A stretch of 64,000 nucleotides of DNA from Cyanophyceae cyanobacterium. GTDB taxonomy: Bacteria; Cyanobacteriota; Cyanobacteriia; Cyanobacteriales; Laspinemataceae. The notes under the pieces are model-generated. The model worked only from the letters and a program-made list of their open reading frames with translations, did not search any database and was not told the DNA's origin. The position numbers were made by a program, and so were the translations under genes. Below are positions 20,469 to 30,468 of the stretch, piece after piece. The stretch's first letter is position 1. The number at the start of each line of letters is the position of its first letter. Location: contig JBBQFN010000005.1 of NCBI GenBank assembly GCA_038321985.1, forward strand, positions 128,001 to 192,000, given 5' to 3'.

Positions 20469-21062
20469 ATGCGCGATCGCCTCTTAACTTGGTTAGAGAA
20501 CCAGGTTACACCCCTACGACTGCAACACATTCTGCGCGTTGAGCAACTCTGTGGGGAACTGGCTAATCATCATCAACTCGACCCTGAACAAGCGAGACTA
20601 GCGGGGTTAATGCATGATTTAGCCAAATGCTTTAAACCGCAGCGTTTATTAAAGATGGCCCGTACAGAAGGCTTAGAAATTGATGAAATATTGGCAGGAG
20701 AACCGCATTTGTTACACGCGGAAGTGAGTGCAATTGTAGCCCGGGATGAGTTTGGGGTAAAAGACGAGGAAATTTTAGCGGCAATTCGCAATCATACCCT
20801 AGGCAGTCCAGGGATGAGCCCACTTAGTTGTGTCGTTTATTTGGCTGATACCTTAGAACCAGGACGAGGGAATAGCCCCGAACTGGAACAGTTACGGCAA
20901 GCCTGCTTTGAAAATTTAGTGAGCGCCTTGTGGAAGACGGGGGACTACTGCTTACGGCACCTCGTCGAACAGCAACGGCTGATTCACCCCCGGACAATAT
21001 TAACCCGGAACTGGGCCATGCAACAGAGCAAACAACGCCATCGAGTAGAAATAGGATCCTGA
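20469..21062 (+). CDS. yqeK: Bis(5'-nucleosyl)-tetraphosphatase, HD domain
   Basis: RLQH, AGLMHDLAK, LLHAEV, IRNHTLG, YLADTLEPGR; sits next to rsfS. Confidence 0.88.
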   Translation: MRDRLLTWLENQVTPLRLQHILRVEQLCGELANHHQLDPEQARLAGLMHDLAKCFKPQRLLKMARTEGLEIDEILAGEPHLLHAEVSAIVARDEFGVKDEEILAAIRNHTLGSPGMSPLSCVVYLADTLEPGRGNSPELEQLRQACFENLVSALWKTGDYCLRHLVEQQRLIHPRTILTRNWAMQQSKQRHRVEIGS

Positions 21063-21230
21063 AGCGATCGCATCTTCACCTAAAATTTGTTAGCATAAAC
21101 TTAAAAATCTCATCAAATCCGATATTAAACTCTCCGACAAGAGATGATCGGCTTTTTGAGCAGAAATTGAGTAAAAATTCCCAGATAAACAACTAAACCG
21201 GCCCCAACCTTCTACAAAAATGGAGAGTGA

Positions 21231-21665
21231 ATGACAGATTCTTCCCCGATTCAATCGACTACCTCCCTAACCCGAGAAAGCGCACAAACCGAAAACGACT
21301 CAGAAAGCTATCGGTTGGCGCTTTGTATTGCCCGGGCCGCAGACGACCGCAAAGGCGGTGATTTGGTCGTGTTGCGGGTGTCACAAGTCTCTTATCTCGC
21401 CGATTATTTTATTATTGTGACCGGCTATTCCCGGGTGCAGGTACGAGCGATTTCCGATTCCATCGCCCATGAAGCAGAACAAGAGTGTGAGCGGGCTCCT
21501 CGACGAGTCGAAGGACAGTATCATGGCAGTTGGCTGGTTCAAGACTACGGCGACGTGATCGTGCATATCCTGATGCCCACGGAACGGGAGTATTACAATT
21601 TAGAGGCATTTTGGGGACATGGCGAACGCCTAGACCTCAGTGCCGAACTCAACGGCGCACCCTAA
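21231..21665 (+). CDS. rsfS: Ribosome silencing factor (Iojap)
   Basis: DDRKG, LADYFII, WLVQDYGDVIVH, REYYNLEAFW. Confidence 0.95.
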   Translation: MTDSSPIQSTTSLTRESAQTENDSESYRLALCIARAADDRKGGDLVVLRVSQVSYLADYFIIVTGYSRVQVRAISDSIAHEAEQECERAPRRVEGQYHGSWLVQDYGDVIVHILMPTEREYYNLEAFWGHGERLDLSAELNGAP

Positions 21666-21674
21666 GAAATAGCG

Positions 21675-22175
21675 ATGAGGGAAACGTCTGTGTCTGCCTG
21701 CCCCGTGCCTCCGGATTGGCAACCGCTCAATGAATACCAAGACCTTCAGGAGTCCTGTTTTTTTAGCTGGGCGACCCGCGATATCAAAGGCTATCTCAGT
21801 AAAATGGGCTGGATTTTGGGAGTCTGCGTCACAGTCTGTGCGCCCGTTGCAGCAGCGAGTTTTCCTCCAGCTAAGGACTTAGGTCGATTTATCCTAGGGA
21901 GTGCCGGGGGTGGCGGATTGATTTTGACCTTAGTGCTGCTCAGACTTTACTTAGGTTGGCGCTATGTCCGAGATCGCCTCTTCAATGCCACCATTTTCTA
22001 TGAAGAGTCGGGATGGTACGACGGCCAAACCTGGCCGAAAACGCCGGAAATCCTAACCCGCGATCGCCTCGTGGTCCGCCATCAACTCCAACCCATCCTC
22101 GATCGCCTCCATCGAACCTTTGCCATCCTCGGTTTATTGGTCCTGGCAGGTGCGATCGCGTGGAATTTGGTATAA
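21675..22175 (+). CDS. CGLD27/Ycf36 family membrane protein (DUF1230)
   Basis: CPVP..QPLNEY, RLYLGWRYVRDRL, YEESGWYDGQTWPK. Confidence 0.9.
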   Translation: MRETSVSACPVPPDWQPLNEYQDLQESCFFSWATRDIKGYLSKMGWILGVCVTVCAPVAAASFPPAKDLGRFILGSAGGGGLILTLVLLRLYLGWRYVRDRLFNATIFYEESGWYDGQTWPKTPEILTRDRLVVRHQLQPILDRLHRTFAILGLLVLAGAIAWNLV

Positions 22176-22283
22176 ACAAGGCAGTAGCGGGGCAGTCCGT
22201 TCCGCGTTCCACCCAAGAGAGTGGACCGGCTGACCCTCAACATTCACCCATTCTATCCCTAAAAAAGGCAATAAAATTAACCC

Positions 22284-23237
22284 ATGACAATGGGAAAACG
22301 TACCGCAGCAGCAGCCATCGAAGTCCGCTTGCTGCGCGAAGGAATTACTGAATCAGTCCATCATGTCCAGGCCGTCGTTTGTGATAACCGAGGTCGGGTT
22401 CTGTCCGTTGCCGGTAATTCAGAAACCACCGCCTTCGTCCGGAGTGCCCTCAAACCCTTTCAAGCCCTAGCGGTGACCACTACAGGCACCCTAGAACGCT
22501 TCGGTCTCAACGATCGCGACCTCGCCATTATTTGTAGTTCCCACAAAGGAACCATAGAACAGGCGAGGCAAGCGTTTAACGTTCTGTGGCGGTGTGATGT
22601 CGATACCACCGCCCTCCACTGTCCGACCCCCCTGGGCAAAGACAGCCCCCTCAGCCATAACTGTTCCGGCAAACACGCTGGAATGTTAGCCGTCTGCAAA
22701 CAGCGCAATTTTGCCCTGGAAACCTATACTCAGCGCAATCACCCAGTACAGCGTTTGATTATCACGAAAATCGCTGAATTACTGCGGATGCCTGCGGAAG
22801 AGTTTATCAGTGCGCGAGATGATTGTGGTGCGCCGACCTATCTGATGGAATTAGGACAGATGGCCTCCCTGTATGCCCATTTGTCTTCCGGGGATAACCT
22901 AGATATGGAACGCATCGTGCGTGCCATGACCCATCACCCGGCCTTGATTTCGGGACCCGGTGAGTTCGATACCGAACTGATGCGCTTAAGCGAAGGGGAA
23001 CTGGTTAGTAAAGGCGGTGCCGAAGGCGTCCTCTGCATCGGACGGGAAGGGGAAGGTATGGGTTTAGCCATCAAAGTCATGGATGGAACGAAACGGGCAA
23101 AACACGCCGTGGCGATTCATTTACTCAAACAACTGGGGTGGATTGACCCGGCGATCGCCGAGACCCTCTCCGAAACCCATATCACCCTCAATCCCTATAA
23201 GCGTCTTGACGTTGTAGGGGAATTGTCGATGCTTTAA
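22284..23237 (+). CDS. L-asparaginase II family protein
   Basis: RSALKPFQA, NCSGKHAGML, DDCGAP, SKGGAEG. Confidence 0.9.
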   Translation: MTMGKRTAAAAIEVRLLREGITESVHHVQAVVCDNRGRVLSVAGNSETTAFVRSALKPFQALAVTTTGTLERFGLNDRDLAIICSSHKGTIEQARQAFNVLWRCDVDTTALHCPTPLGKDSPLSHNCSGKHAGMLAVCKQRNFALETYTQRNHPVQRLIITKIAELLRMPAEEFISARDDCGAPTYLMELGQMASLYAHLSSGDNLDMERIVRAMTHHPALISGPGEFDTELMRLSEGELVSKGGAEGVLCIGREGEGMGLAIKVMDGTKRAKHAVAIHLLKQLGWIDPAIAETLSETHITLNPYKRLDVVGELSML

Positions 23238-23278
23238 GGTAACTGGGATTAAGGGCGATCGCGTTCCGGGAATTCGGA

Positions 23279-23516
23279 AACGATTGAAGTCGTTACTACA
23301 AACGGGGGAGAGTATTTTTTCTTCCTTGTTCGTAGTAACGACTTTAGTCGTTGTGCTCTTGGTTCGTAGTAACGACTTTAGTCGTTCTTCTTACCCCCAG
23401 AAACCCGGAAACGACTAAAGTCGTTACTACAAACGGGGAATGGGGAAATCCTCAATTCAGGCGTTATCTTCTTACCCCCAGAAACCCGGAAACAACTAAA
23501 GTTGTTACTACAAACG
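23279..23516. repeat. Cluster of five ~25-bp REP-like palindromic repeats between convergent genes
   Basis: GTT(C/T)GTAGTAACGACTTTAGTCGTT units at 23279, 23328, 23362, 23410 and 23491 in mixed orientation; a ~50-bp direct duplication at 23386-23435 / 23467-23516. Confidence 0.9.
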
Positions 23517-23530
23517 TAGAAAGAGGAAAC

Positions 23531-25789
23531 CTACTCATCCTCCCACGGGACCCAAGCATTTAATACGGATAATAAGGGACCCGTTTGTTCCTGACCATTG
23601 GTGGCTAAATCGCTGTGACATAAAATTACCCGACTGCTGACCCGACCCAATAAATCCAGGACAATTCGCTGCAATCGGTCCTCATCATTGCGGATTTCCT
23701 CCTCCTGAGTCCAAGGGTCACCGGACCAACTCTGCAAGAATAACGGCGCGGCAAATAAACTTGCTGCACCTCCGCGAGACCATAACGGCGAACCAATATC
23801 TAACCAAAAGTGCCAACGGTGAAACTGTCGCGCCGCCCGATATTGGAAAATTGTCGCGAGGGTGACGCAATCGGGTTTTGAACCCAATGCACTCACGGGG
23901 AAAGGATTAGCGGTAATGGTTCCTTTGCGAAGCAGTTGGATAAATTGACCCACGGTTACATAACCGGGCGCATCCTGTTCTCCACAGCGGCGTAAGCGTC
24001 CGTCCACCTCCCAATAATGTTGGGCCGTTTCCATTAACTCCCGCAGGGCGGCAATTTGGTCGTAAGGCAAACTGCTCGAATTCCCTAACAACTCCTGAAT
24101 CGCCAGGGTGAGTAGCGCCATTGGACTGGGAATTTTGCCTTGAGCCAGCTGCGATCGCCTCTGTTCGATCCAGTCTAGAATCTCCTTATAAACGGTGGTT
24201 GCCCGATATCCTAAACGGTCCCAGCGGGGAAATGCGGTCACTGGCAACAATCGCGGCTGTTCCGTCGCGGGAGAATAGCAATGATCCACCAATAAACCCG
24301 CACGGACGGGATCAATCAAGAAGGATGCAGGATGGACGAGGGTTGTACCTTCCTCCTGGGGTTCCAGGGATTCCCAGTCTGGACGACGACTGAGGACGAC
24401 GAGCATTTCCGCCACACTATCTCGGTCTACCAGACGTCCTAAACCGGGATAAACCAGGGCTAAGAGGGTGAGTAAGGCGCGAATCACAGGGACCGTAGCG
24501 AGGGGTCGTTGTTCATTGAGGGATTGTACAGGAATCCCTTTGCTGGTGAGGATAGAGTGGAGGGTATAGCGGGCGATCGCATCTAAACCGGGGGCAATCA
24601 CCGCAATTTCTGACGGGGCCACCTTGCCAGTATGGACTGCTGAGGCGATCGCCTCCCCGGTTTCCCGCAATAGTTGCGATCGCGCCGTGGTTTGGATCGA
24701 CCCCACCGGCAGAGAAAATCCCCCCTCCTCCATTTCCCCGAGGTACACCGTCGGGTCTTCCATCACCTGTAAGGCCATTTTTCCCAAAGTCCCCTGCAAC
24801 CCGCTACTAACCTCTAACTGCTGTTGCTGACAACGGGACGCTAAACCTGCCAGATAATCCGGATCCGCACCTAAACCCTGACGCACAGAACCCTGGGGAT
24901 TATAAGTAAAAACCCCCGGAATTCCCGCATCTAGCAGAACCTCAAACAAATCCCGGACAATTTTGGGGTATTCATCCACATCATCGGCAAATACTCCTGG
25001 ATAGCGACGGATTAAATGGTCCTGATAGGTTGCATTCGGCAGTAAATGCCGCCAGTACAATTCCGTGATAATCCCGTAGGTGAGTAAACCCCGGGCAAGA
25101 CACCACCTGCGCCAATTCAGCAACACTTCCCCCATGCAGTCCCAGAGGTGCGCATCCCCCGCCTGATTCTCAATCCCTTCGGATAAAATCACCGGAATAT
25201 CTTCGAGACGTCTGCCGCTAGAGGCCGCCAGTTGCAACAAGTCCAAGGTCCGCCGGACCATGCGATACTCGCTGACTCCCTCTTGGCGGAGACGTCCTGA
25301 GTCTAGTGCATCTCTCCATAAGCGGGTCGCCAATTCTTGCTCAGTTTCTGGACGGACCCGCAGGGGAAACTCGGCCCTAAGAGCAAGTTGTTGAATCAAG
25401 AGGGGCCAAAATAACATCACTTCCCGCTGGAAAAAGGCCAAGGGGGTAGAGGAGTCGATCGGATAGGAACTCGAAGTGGCATGGGTGATGCGATCATTTA
25501 AAGGAATGCGATCGTCTCCCGTTGCGGCAAATACCAATAACGGCGGTTCATCTTGTCCCACCCTTACCGATCGCCCTCGGGTCTGAGAGATTAAGGTATC
25601 CTGTTTCTGCCTGAGTCCCTGTCGGACTGTGGCGGTGGTGGAATCAGCCGCAATTATGGGATTTCTGTTCCGCGCAGGGCGGCTGCCCTGGTCCCCATTG
25701 GATTCAACCCAGTTGCACAACTCCTGAACCAAACGACCCGTCTTACCACTGCCGGTCGATCCGACTATCCAAATTGACTCTTTACCCAC
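23531..25789 (-). CDS. Conserved cyanobacterial P-loop protein with degenerate SF1 helicase-like motifs
   Basis: Walker A GSTGSGKT, Walker B-like VFADDVDEY, 'EIAVIAP' motif; 752 aa. Confidence 0.65.
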   Translation of the reverse strand: MGKESIWIVGSTGSGKTGRLVQELCNWVESNGDQGSRPARNRNPIIAADSTTATVRQGLRQKQDTLISQTRGRSVRVGQDEPPLLVFAATGDDRIPLNDRITHATSSSYPIDSSTPLAFFQREVMLFWPLLIQQLALRAEFPLRVRPETEQELATRLWRDALDSGRLRQEGVSEYRMVRRTLDLLQLAASSGRRLEDIPVILSEGIENQAGDAHLWDCMGEVLLNWRRWCLARGLLTYGIITELYWRHLLPNATYQDHLIRRYPGVFADDVDEYPKIVRDLFEVLLDAGIPGVFTYNPQGSVRQGLGADPDYLAGLASRCQQQQLEVSSGLQGTLGKMALQVMEDPTVYLGEMEEGGFSLPVGSIQTTARSQLLRETGEAIASAVHTGKVAPSEIAVIAPGLDAIARYTLHSILTSKGIPVQSLNEQRPLATVPVIRALLTLLALVYPGLGRLVDRDSVAEMLVVLSRRPDWESLEPQEEGTTLVHPASFLIDPVRAGLLVDHCYSPATEQPRLLPVTAFPRWDRLGYRATTVYKEILDWIEQRRSQLAQGKIPSPMALLTLAIQELLGNSSSLPYDQIAALRELMETAQHYWEVDGRLRRCGEQDAPGYVTVGQFIQLLRKGTITANPFPVSALGSKPDCVTLATIFQYRAARQFHRWHFWLDIGSPLWSRGGAASLFAAPLFLQSWSGDPWTQEEEIRNDEDRLQRIVLDLLGRVSSRVILCHSDLATNGQEQTGPLLSVLNAWVPWEDE

Positions 25790-26100
25790 CCCTAATCCTC
25801 TCCCAAATTTGTTAATATACGACCACTGTAGGTTGCTTGCCCGAGGCGTTTATTCTTATTATTGCTTTTTGTCCGAAGGGATTGCATCTTAACCGTTGCA
25901 GACAGCGGGGCGATCGCAAAGATTGTCTCAGCAAGGGAAACAGTGAACTCTAGGGTCTAAAAAACCGAAGTCATGAGGTGAACTCCTGATTGTATTTCGA
26001 TAAAAACAGCCTCAACTGGATTCAGCCAGAGGGTTTAGAGTGTCAGGGTTCGAGTCAGTCTTAGACAAATCGTACTCGGTTGGTTCGAGAAAGAATGGTT

Positions 26101-27576
26101 ATGAAAAGGCAGAAATATTCTTCTAATCAAGCAGGGTTTTTTACCTCGGCTAAACAATGGCTGCTAGAAACCCCCGACCGCTCCCTTGAACTAGCCTATA
26201 AAGCAGCGCTAAATATTCAAGAACTGGAAAAAAAATATTTTAACGGGCAACAAATTTCCCCCCAGAACTCTACCCATGGAGAAGCTGTTTTTTCGGTTTA
26301 TGAATCAGATTTAAAACGGAATTTAAGTATTATTAAACTGCGATTAAAGGAATTTAGAAATAGCCGGTCGTTTGTGGAGATTTACAAACAATCCAAATTA
26401 GGCGATCGTCCCTTTGATGACGCCATCCCGGTTCGGGCAGTGTCTCCCGAGGAAACCCGTCTGCCCACAAACGCCGTTAGTTTCTCCCCCCTCTCTCCAT
26501 CGGCTATTTTAGATAAACTCAGTTTTATTGATGAAATCACGGCCAAATACACCCGCCCGGAAGTTCAATCTTCTTCTCCTCGTACCTTAACTGACTCCAC
26601 CCCCTCCTACACCTTAGAAATCAAAAAAACAGCCAGTTTAAATAGTAATAAAAAGTCTTCCCGAGTCATCAATGAAGAGGCCACGTCGGACCCGGAACCA
26701 GAGACGAAAGAAATAGGCTCTCTCGCCGGTCAAACCAGCTTCTTGCCCCGCTCGATTTTAAGAACTCTGGATCGTCTCAAACGGGAATTAGACCCCAAAG
26801 CAGAAGAGGAAGTGGTCCAGGAATTCCGCCTGTCTAAAACGAAAACCATCGTTTCTCTGAAGTTTATTTTACTCCTCATTCTAATTCCCCTGCTGACCCA
26901 ACAAGTTGCCAAAAACTTTGTCGTGGGTCCAATCTACGATCGCCTGATCGGAACCCAGGCTGAAATCTTTCTAAATGTGGATATGAAAGAAAAAGCCTTA
27001 ATGGAATTAACCCAATTTCATGAAATGCTGGAATTCGAGGAATTGCTGGCAACCCAACTCGAAAAATTAGAAGGACCGGAAAAAGAGCAACTCAAATTTA
27101 TCGGTAAAATTCCGCAGCACTTATCAGAAGAAGACGTTGAACAACAAATTAAATTTAAAGCCTTGGAAGTAGCCAAGCAATATACTTATGAAAGTAGTGA
27201 TGCTATTAAAAATATTTTTTCTGATATCTTTTCCTTCGTTGCCTTTGGGGTAGTGATTTATAACAGCCGTCGCGAAATAGAAAGCCTTAAATCATTCCTT
27301 GATGATCTAGTTTATGGATTGAGTGACAGCGCCAAAGCATTCATCATTATCTTATTTACCGATGTCTTCGTCGGATTCCACTCCCCCCATGGCTGGGAAA
27401 TCGTCTTAGAAGGGATTTCTCGCCATCTCGGACTCCCGGAAAACCGAGATTTTATTTATCTATTTATTGCCACCTTCCCAGTGATTCTGGATACAGTTTT
27501 TAAATATTGGATCTTCCGTTATCTGAATCGGATTTCACCTTCGGCTGTTGCCACTTATCGGAATATGAATGAGTAA
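26101..27576 (+). CDS. pcxA: Proton extrusion protein PcxA/CotA (CemA family)
   Basis: LSDSAKAFIIILFTDVFVGFHSPHGWE, FIATFPVILDTVFKYWIFRYLNRISPSAVATY. Confidence 0.95.
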   Translation: MKRQKYSSNQAGFFTSAKQWLLETPDRSLELAYKAALNIQELEKKYFNGQQISPQNSTHGEAVFSVYESDLKRNLSIIKLRLKEFRNSRSFVEIYKQSKLGDRPFDDAIPVRAVSPEETRLPTNAVSFSPLSPSAILDKLSFIDEITAKYTRPEVQSSSPRTLTDSTPSYTLEIKKTASLNSNKKSSRVINEEATSDPEPETKEIGSLAGQTSFLPRSILRTLDRLKRELDPKAEEEVVQEFRLSKTKTIVSLKFILLLILIPLLTQQVAKNFVVGPIYDRLIGTQAEIFLNVDMKEKALMELTQFHEMLEFEELLATQLEKLEGPEKEQLKFIGKIPQHLSEEDVEQQIKFKALEVAKQYTYESSDAIKNIFSDIFSFVAFGVVIYNSRREIESLKSFLDDLVYGLSDSAKAFIIILFTDVFVGFHSPHGWEIVLEGISRHLGLPENRDFIYLFIATFPVILDTVFKYWIFRYLNRISPSAVATYRNMNE

Positions 27577-27595
27577 AGATTTTTACGCGGCGGCT

Positions 27596-28258
27596 TTAGG
27601 CTGGATCCGGACTCGGTTTTTCCTCAACTTTGCGGGGATAGCGGGGACGGCAGGGACTGCCAAAGCAAATTTGACCCTCGGGCATATTGGCAAACACACT
27701 ACTGCGAGCCCCGATCGCCGCATTTGCGCCAATTTTGACCCCAGGGGCGATAAAACAGTCGGCGGCAATCCAGACTCCGTTACCAATTTCTACAGGTGCT
27801 GTGTCTAGGTTAAATGTGGGGTCGTCGAGACGATGACTGCCGGTACAGAGGTAGCTTTCTTGGGAAATTACGCAATGCTGTCCAATCCGAATATGATCCA
27901 GACTATATAAAACGACATCATCCCCTATCCAGGAATAGTCCCCGACGACGATTTTCCAAGGGTAGGTAAATCGGGCAGTAGGGCGAATCAGCACCCCGGT
28001 ACCAATTTTGGCCCCAAATCGCCGCAACAACCACCGGCGAAATCCGTGGGCAAAATGAGGACTTAAGGGGAAAGCGACCCCTTGTACTAACCACCACAGC
28101 AATATAAACCCACTTGAGCGCCCGCGATCAAACCACGATTGATTATATTGCCGTAAGTCTATGAAAGAGGGTGCATCGAGTACGGGATCCGGTGCTGTCG
28201 CTGCTTTACCGGGGAGGCGACTGGGGTCAAAATTAGCTTCGGGTAGGGAATCACTCAT
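27596..28258 (-). CDS. WcaF-like polysaccharide O-acetyltransferase (hexapeptide repeat)
   Basis: LRRFGAKIG, TYPWKI.VGDYSWIGDDV, YLCTGSH, hexapeptide repeats. Confidence 0.88.
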   Translation of the reverse strand: MSDSLPEANFDPSRLPGKAATAPDPVLDAPSFIDLRQYNQSWFDRGRSSGFILLWWLVQGVAFPLSPHFAHGFRRWLLRRFGAKIGTGVLIRPTARFTYPWKIVVGDYSWIGDDVVLYSLDHIRIGQHCVISQESYLCTGSHRLDDPTFNLDTAPVEIGNGVWIAADCFIAPGVKIGANAAIGARSSVFANMPEGQICFGSPCRPRYPRKVEEKPSPDPA

Positions 28259-28368
28259 TTTATTAGAGGCGGATGATTAGAGACTGAAAGTGGTTTCCAT
28301 GAGGGGGATGGGACAAGTTTTAAAGCGGTTTGTGAGTGGCACAGATTGAGGCGATTTTCCCTTGAATT

Positions 28369-29208
28369 TTATTTGCTTTGCTCACTCCGAGAACGAATGA
28401 ATTCCCCGAGAAAAGCGATCGCCCCGGAGGAGAGAATTAGCACCACACTCAAAGCATTAATATCCGGTTTAACGCCGGTTCTAATCCGCCCAAAAATTTC
28501 CATCGGTAGAGTTACGGCACCGCTGCCCGATGTGAAGGAAGCAATCAGTAAATCATCCAAACTCAGGACAAAGGCTAACAGACAACCGGAAACAATTCCC
28601 GGCATCAATTGCGGAAGTAAGACTTGCATAAAAGACTGGACGGGAGTCGCACCCAAATCTAGGGCCGCTTCTTCTAGATGAGGGTCTAAGTCGCTGAGGC
28701 GAGTAGAAACGACTAACCCAATATAGGCCAGACAGAAGACAATATGGGCGGCGATAATGGTCCAAATGCTGAGGTTAATTTGGACTGCGGCTAAAAAGAC
28801 TAGAGTCGCCACGGCGATCGCAATATCTGGGATGATCAAAGGCAGATAGGACACGCCCAAATATAAACTTTTACCCCGAAATCGATAGCGGGATAACCCC
28901 ACTGCCATCAATGTCCCCACGATTGCAGAAATAGTAATTGCAGAAAATCCCACAATCAAACTATTTTTTAGGGCTTTTAAAATAGCTTCATCTTGAAATA
29001 AAGTAACATACCATTTTAAGGTAAATCCTTCCCAACTCGCACTATAGCGAGACTCATTAAAGCTGTAAAAAGCAAGTACCAAAATGGGTAGGTACATGAA
29101 AAAAAACATGGACCCGGCAAAAGCTATCTGCCAAGAGATCCTAATTCGACTCTGGCTTTTTAACATATCTACCGGAATGTCCTCCTGTTTGAGCCTCGTT
29201 TCTGTCAT
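28369..29208 (-). CDS. potC: Polyamine ABC transporter permease
   Basis: YLPILVL.YSFN, TLKWY, LEEAALDLGA EAA loop. Confidence 0.9.
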   Translation of the reverse strand: MTETRLKQEDIPVDMLKSQSRIRISWQIAFAGSMFFFMYLPILVLAFYSFNESRYSASWEGFTLKWYVTLFQDEAILKALKNSLIVGFSAITISAIVGTLMAVGLSRYRFRGKSLYLGVSYLPLIIPDIAIAVATLVFLAAVQINLSIWTIIAAHIVFCLAYIGLVVSTRLSDLDPHLEEAALDLGATPVQSFMQVLLPQLMPGIVSGCLLAFVLSLDDLLIASFTSGSGAVTLPMEIFGRIRTGVKPDINALSVVLILSSGAIAFLGEFIRSRSEQSK

Positions 29209-29279
29209 GCAATTTCACCACGCAAGCATTAGCTAGGATAACCTCTTTTCAATCTACCCTTGAGGCGGGTTTAAGGGTT

Positions 29280-30233
29280 CTACTTTTTGGGAGTAGCTTC
29301 GCCAAAGCGGATTAAACCGGCGATCGCCAAACTCACCGCTAAAATTAATACCATACTCAGGGCTGAACCAAATCCCCAGTCTCGCGCTACTCCCAGGAAT
29401 TGATCATAAATTAACCGGGAAACGGTCATACTAGAAGCACCCCCGAGTAATTCCGGGTCTACAAAATCCCCTAAACCACTGATAAACACCAGCAAAGAAC
29501 CGGCAGCAATTCCGGGCAAAGTTTGAGGGACTGTCACTTTCCAAAAGACTTCAATAGGATTTGCCCCTAAATCCGCAGCAGCTTCTAACAAGCGTTTATC
29601 CAACTTCTCTAAAGATGCATAGAGAATTAAAACCATGTAGGGAAGAAAACTGTAACTCATCCCAATCAGCACCGCAGAACTTTGATGCAGTAAATCTAGG
29701 GGAGGAATACCCACAACCCCAAGCACTGAGTTGAGAACACCACTGGGACGGAGGATTGTTTTCCAGGCGTAGGAACGGAGTAGAGATGAGGTCCATAGGG
29801 GTAAAACGAAGGCGAGTAAGAGCAAATTTCGCCAGCGTTTGGGAGTATCAACCGCTAACCAATAGGCAACGGGAAATCCCAATAATAGACAGATAGCGGT
29901 GGTGCCTGTCGCAAAAAAGAGCGATCGCCCGATGGTTTGCAAAAATACCGGATCAAAGTCAGAAAAGCGGCAATTTTCAAATCCTAAGACGAGACAGAAG
30001 TTATCGAGTCCCGCCGGAATGACGCGATCGCCGGGTTGAATTCCCGGCACTAAACTCAGTTGAAAAATCACCACCGTCGGCAGGACTAACAACAGGAATA
30101 ACCAGACCCCGGCAGGACCGAGTAAAGCCAGGGGTCCCAGCCACCCCGGTAGGGTGCGTTTTCCGGTTTTAGGTTCGTTTTTCGGCTTGCTGGGCGATAC
30201 AGTCATGGGAGGAGTCATATTGGGACATACCAA
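29280..30233 (-). CDS. potB: Polyamine ABC transporter permease
   Basis: PLWTSSLLRSYAW, LPYMVL.LY, LLEAAADLGA, DWGFGSALS. Confidence 0.9.
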   Translation of the reverse strand: MVCPNMTPPMTVSPSKPKNEPKTGKRTLPGWLGPLALLGPAGVWLFLLLVLPTVVIFQLSLVPGIQPGDRVIPAGLDNFCLVLGFENCRFSDFDPVFLQTIGRSLFFATGTTAICLLLGFPVAYWLAVDTPKRWRNLLLLAFVLPLWTSSLLRSYAWKTILRPSGVLNSVLGVVGIPPLDLLHQSSAVLIGMSYSFLPYMVLILYASLEKLDKRLLEAAADLGANPIEVFWKVTVPQTLPGIAAGSLLVFISGLGDFVDPELLGGASSMTVSRLIYDQFLGVARDWGFGSALSMVLILAVSLAIAGLIRFGEATPKK

Positions 30234-30468
30234 AAGTTCGTTCGCGCCGCGTCTCTGGCTAAGAGAATCGCATTCAAGTGAGGATTTTTTTGAATTAATT
30301 TCCCGGGAATCAAGTTAAATTTAAACCCCGATTCAATCAGCTTACTTAATGGGTGACAGGGAAAAATAAAGAGGTAAAGTCAGAAATTTATTTCCAGGGG
30401 ATGAGGAGTTTTTTCAGAGAATCCTGTCACTTGCTATCCCGTTTCCAGGAGTTGGATTCCCTGCCTAT

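Noticed and set aside
23279..23516. Possible CRISPR array
   Set aside because: Repeats are in mixed orientation, gaps are irregular and partly duplicated, and no cas genes are present
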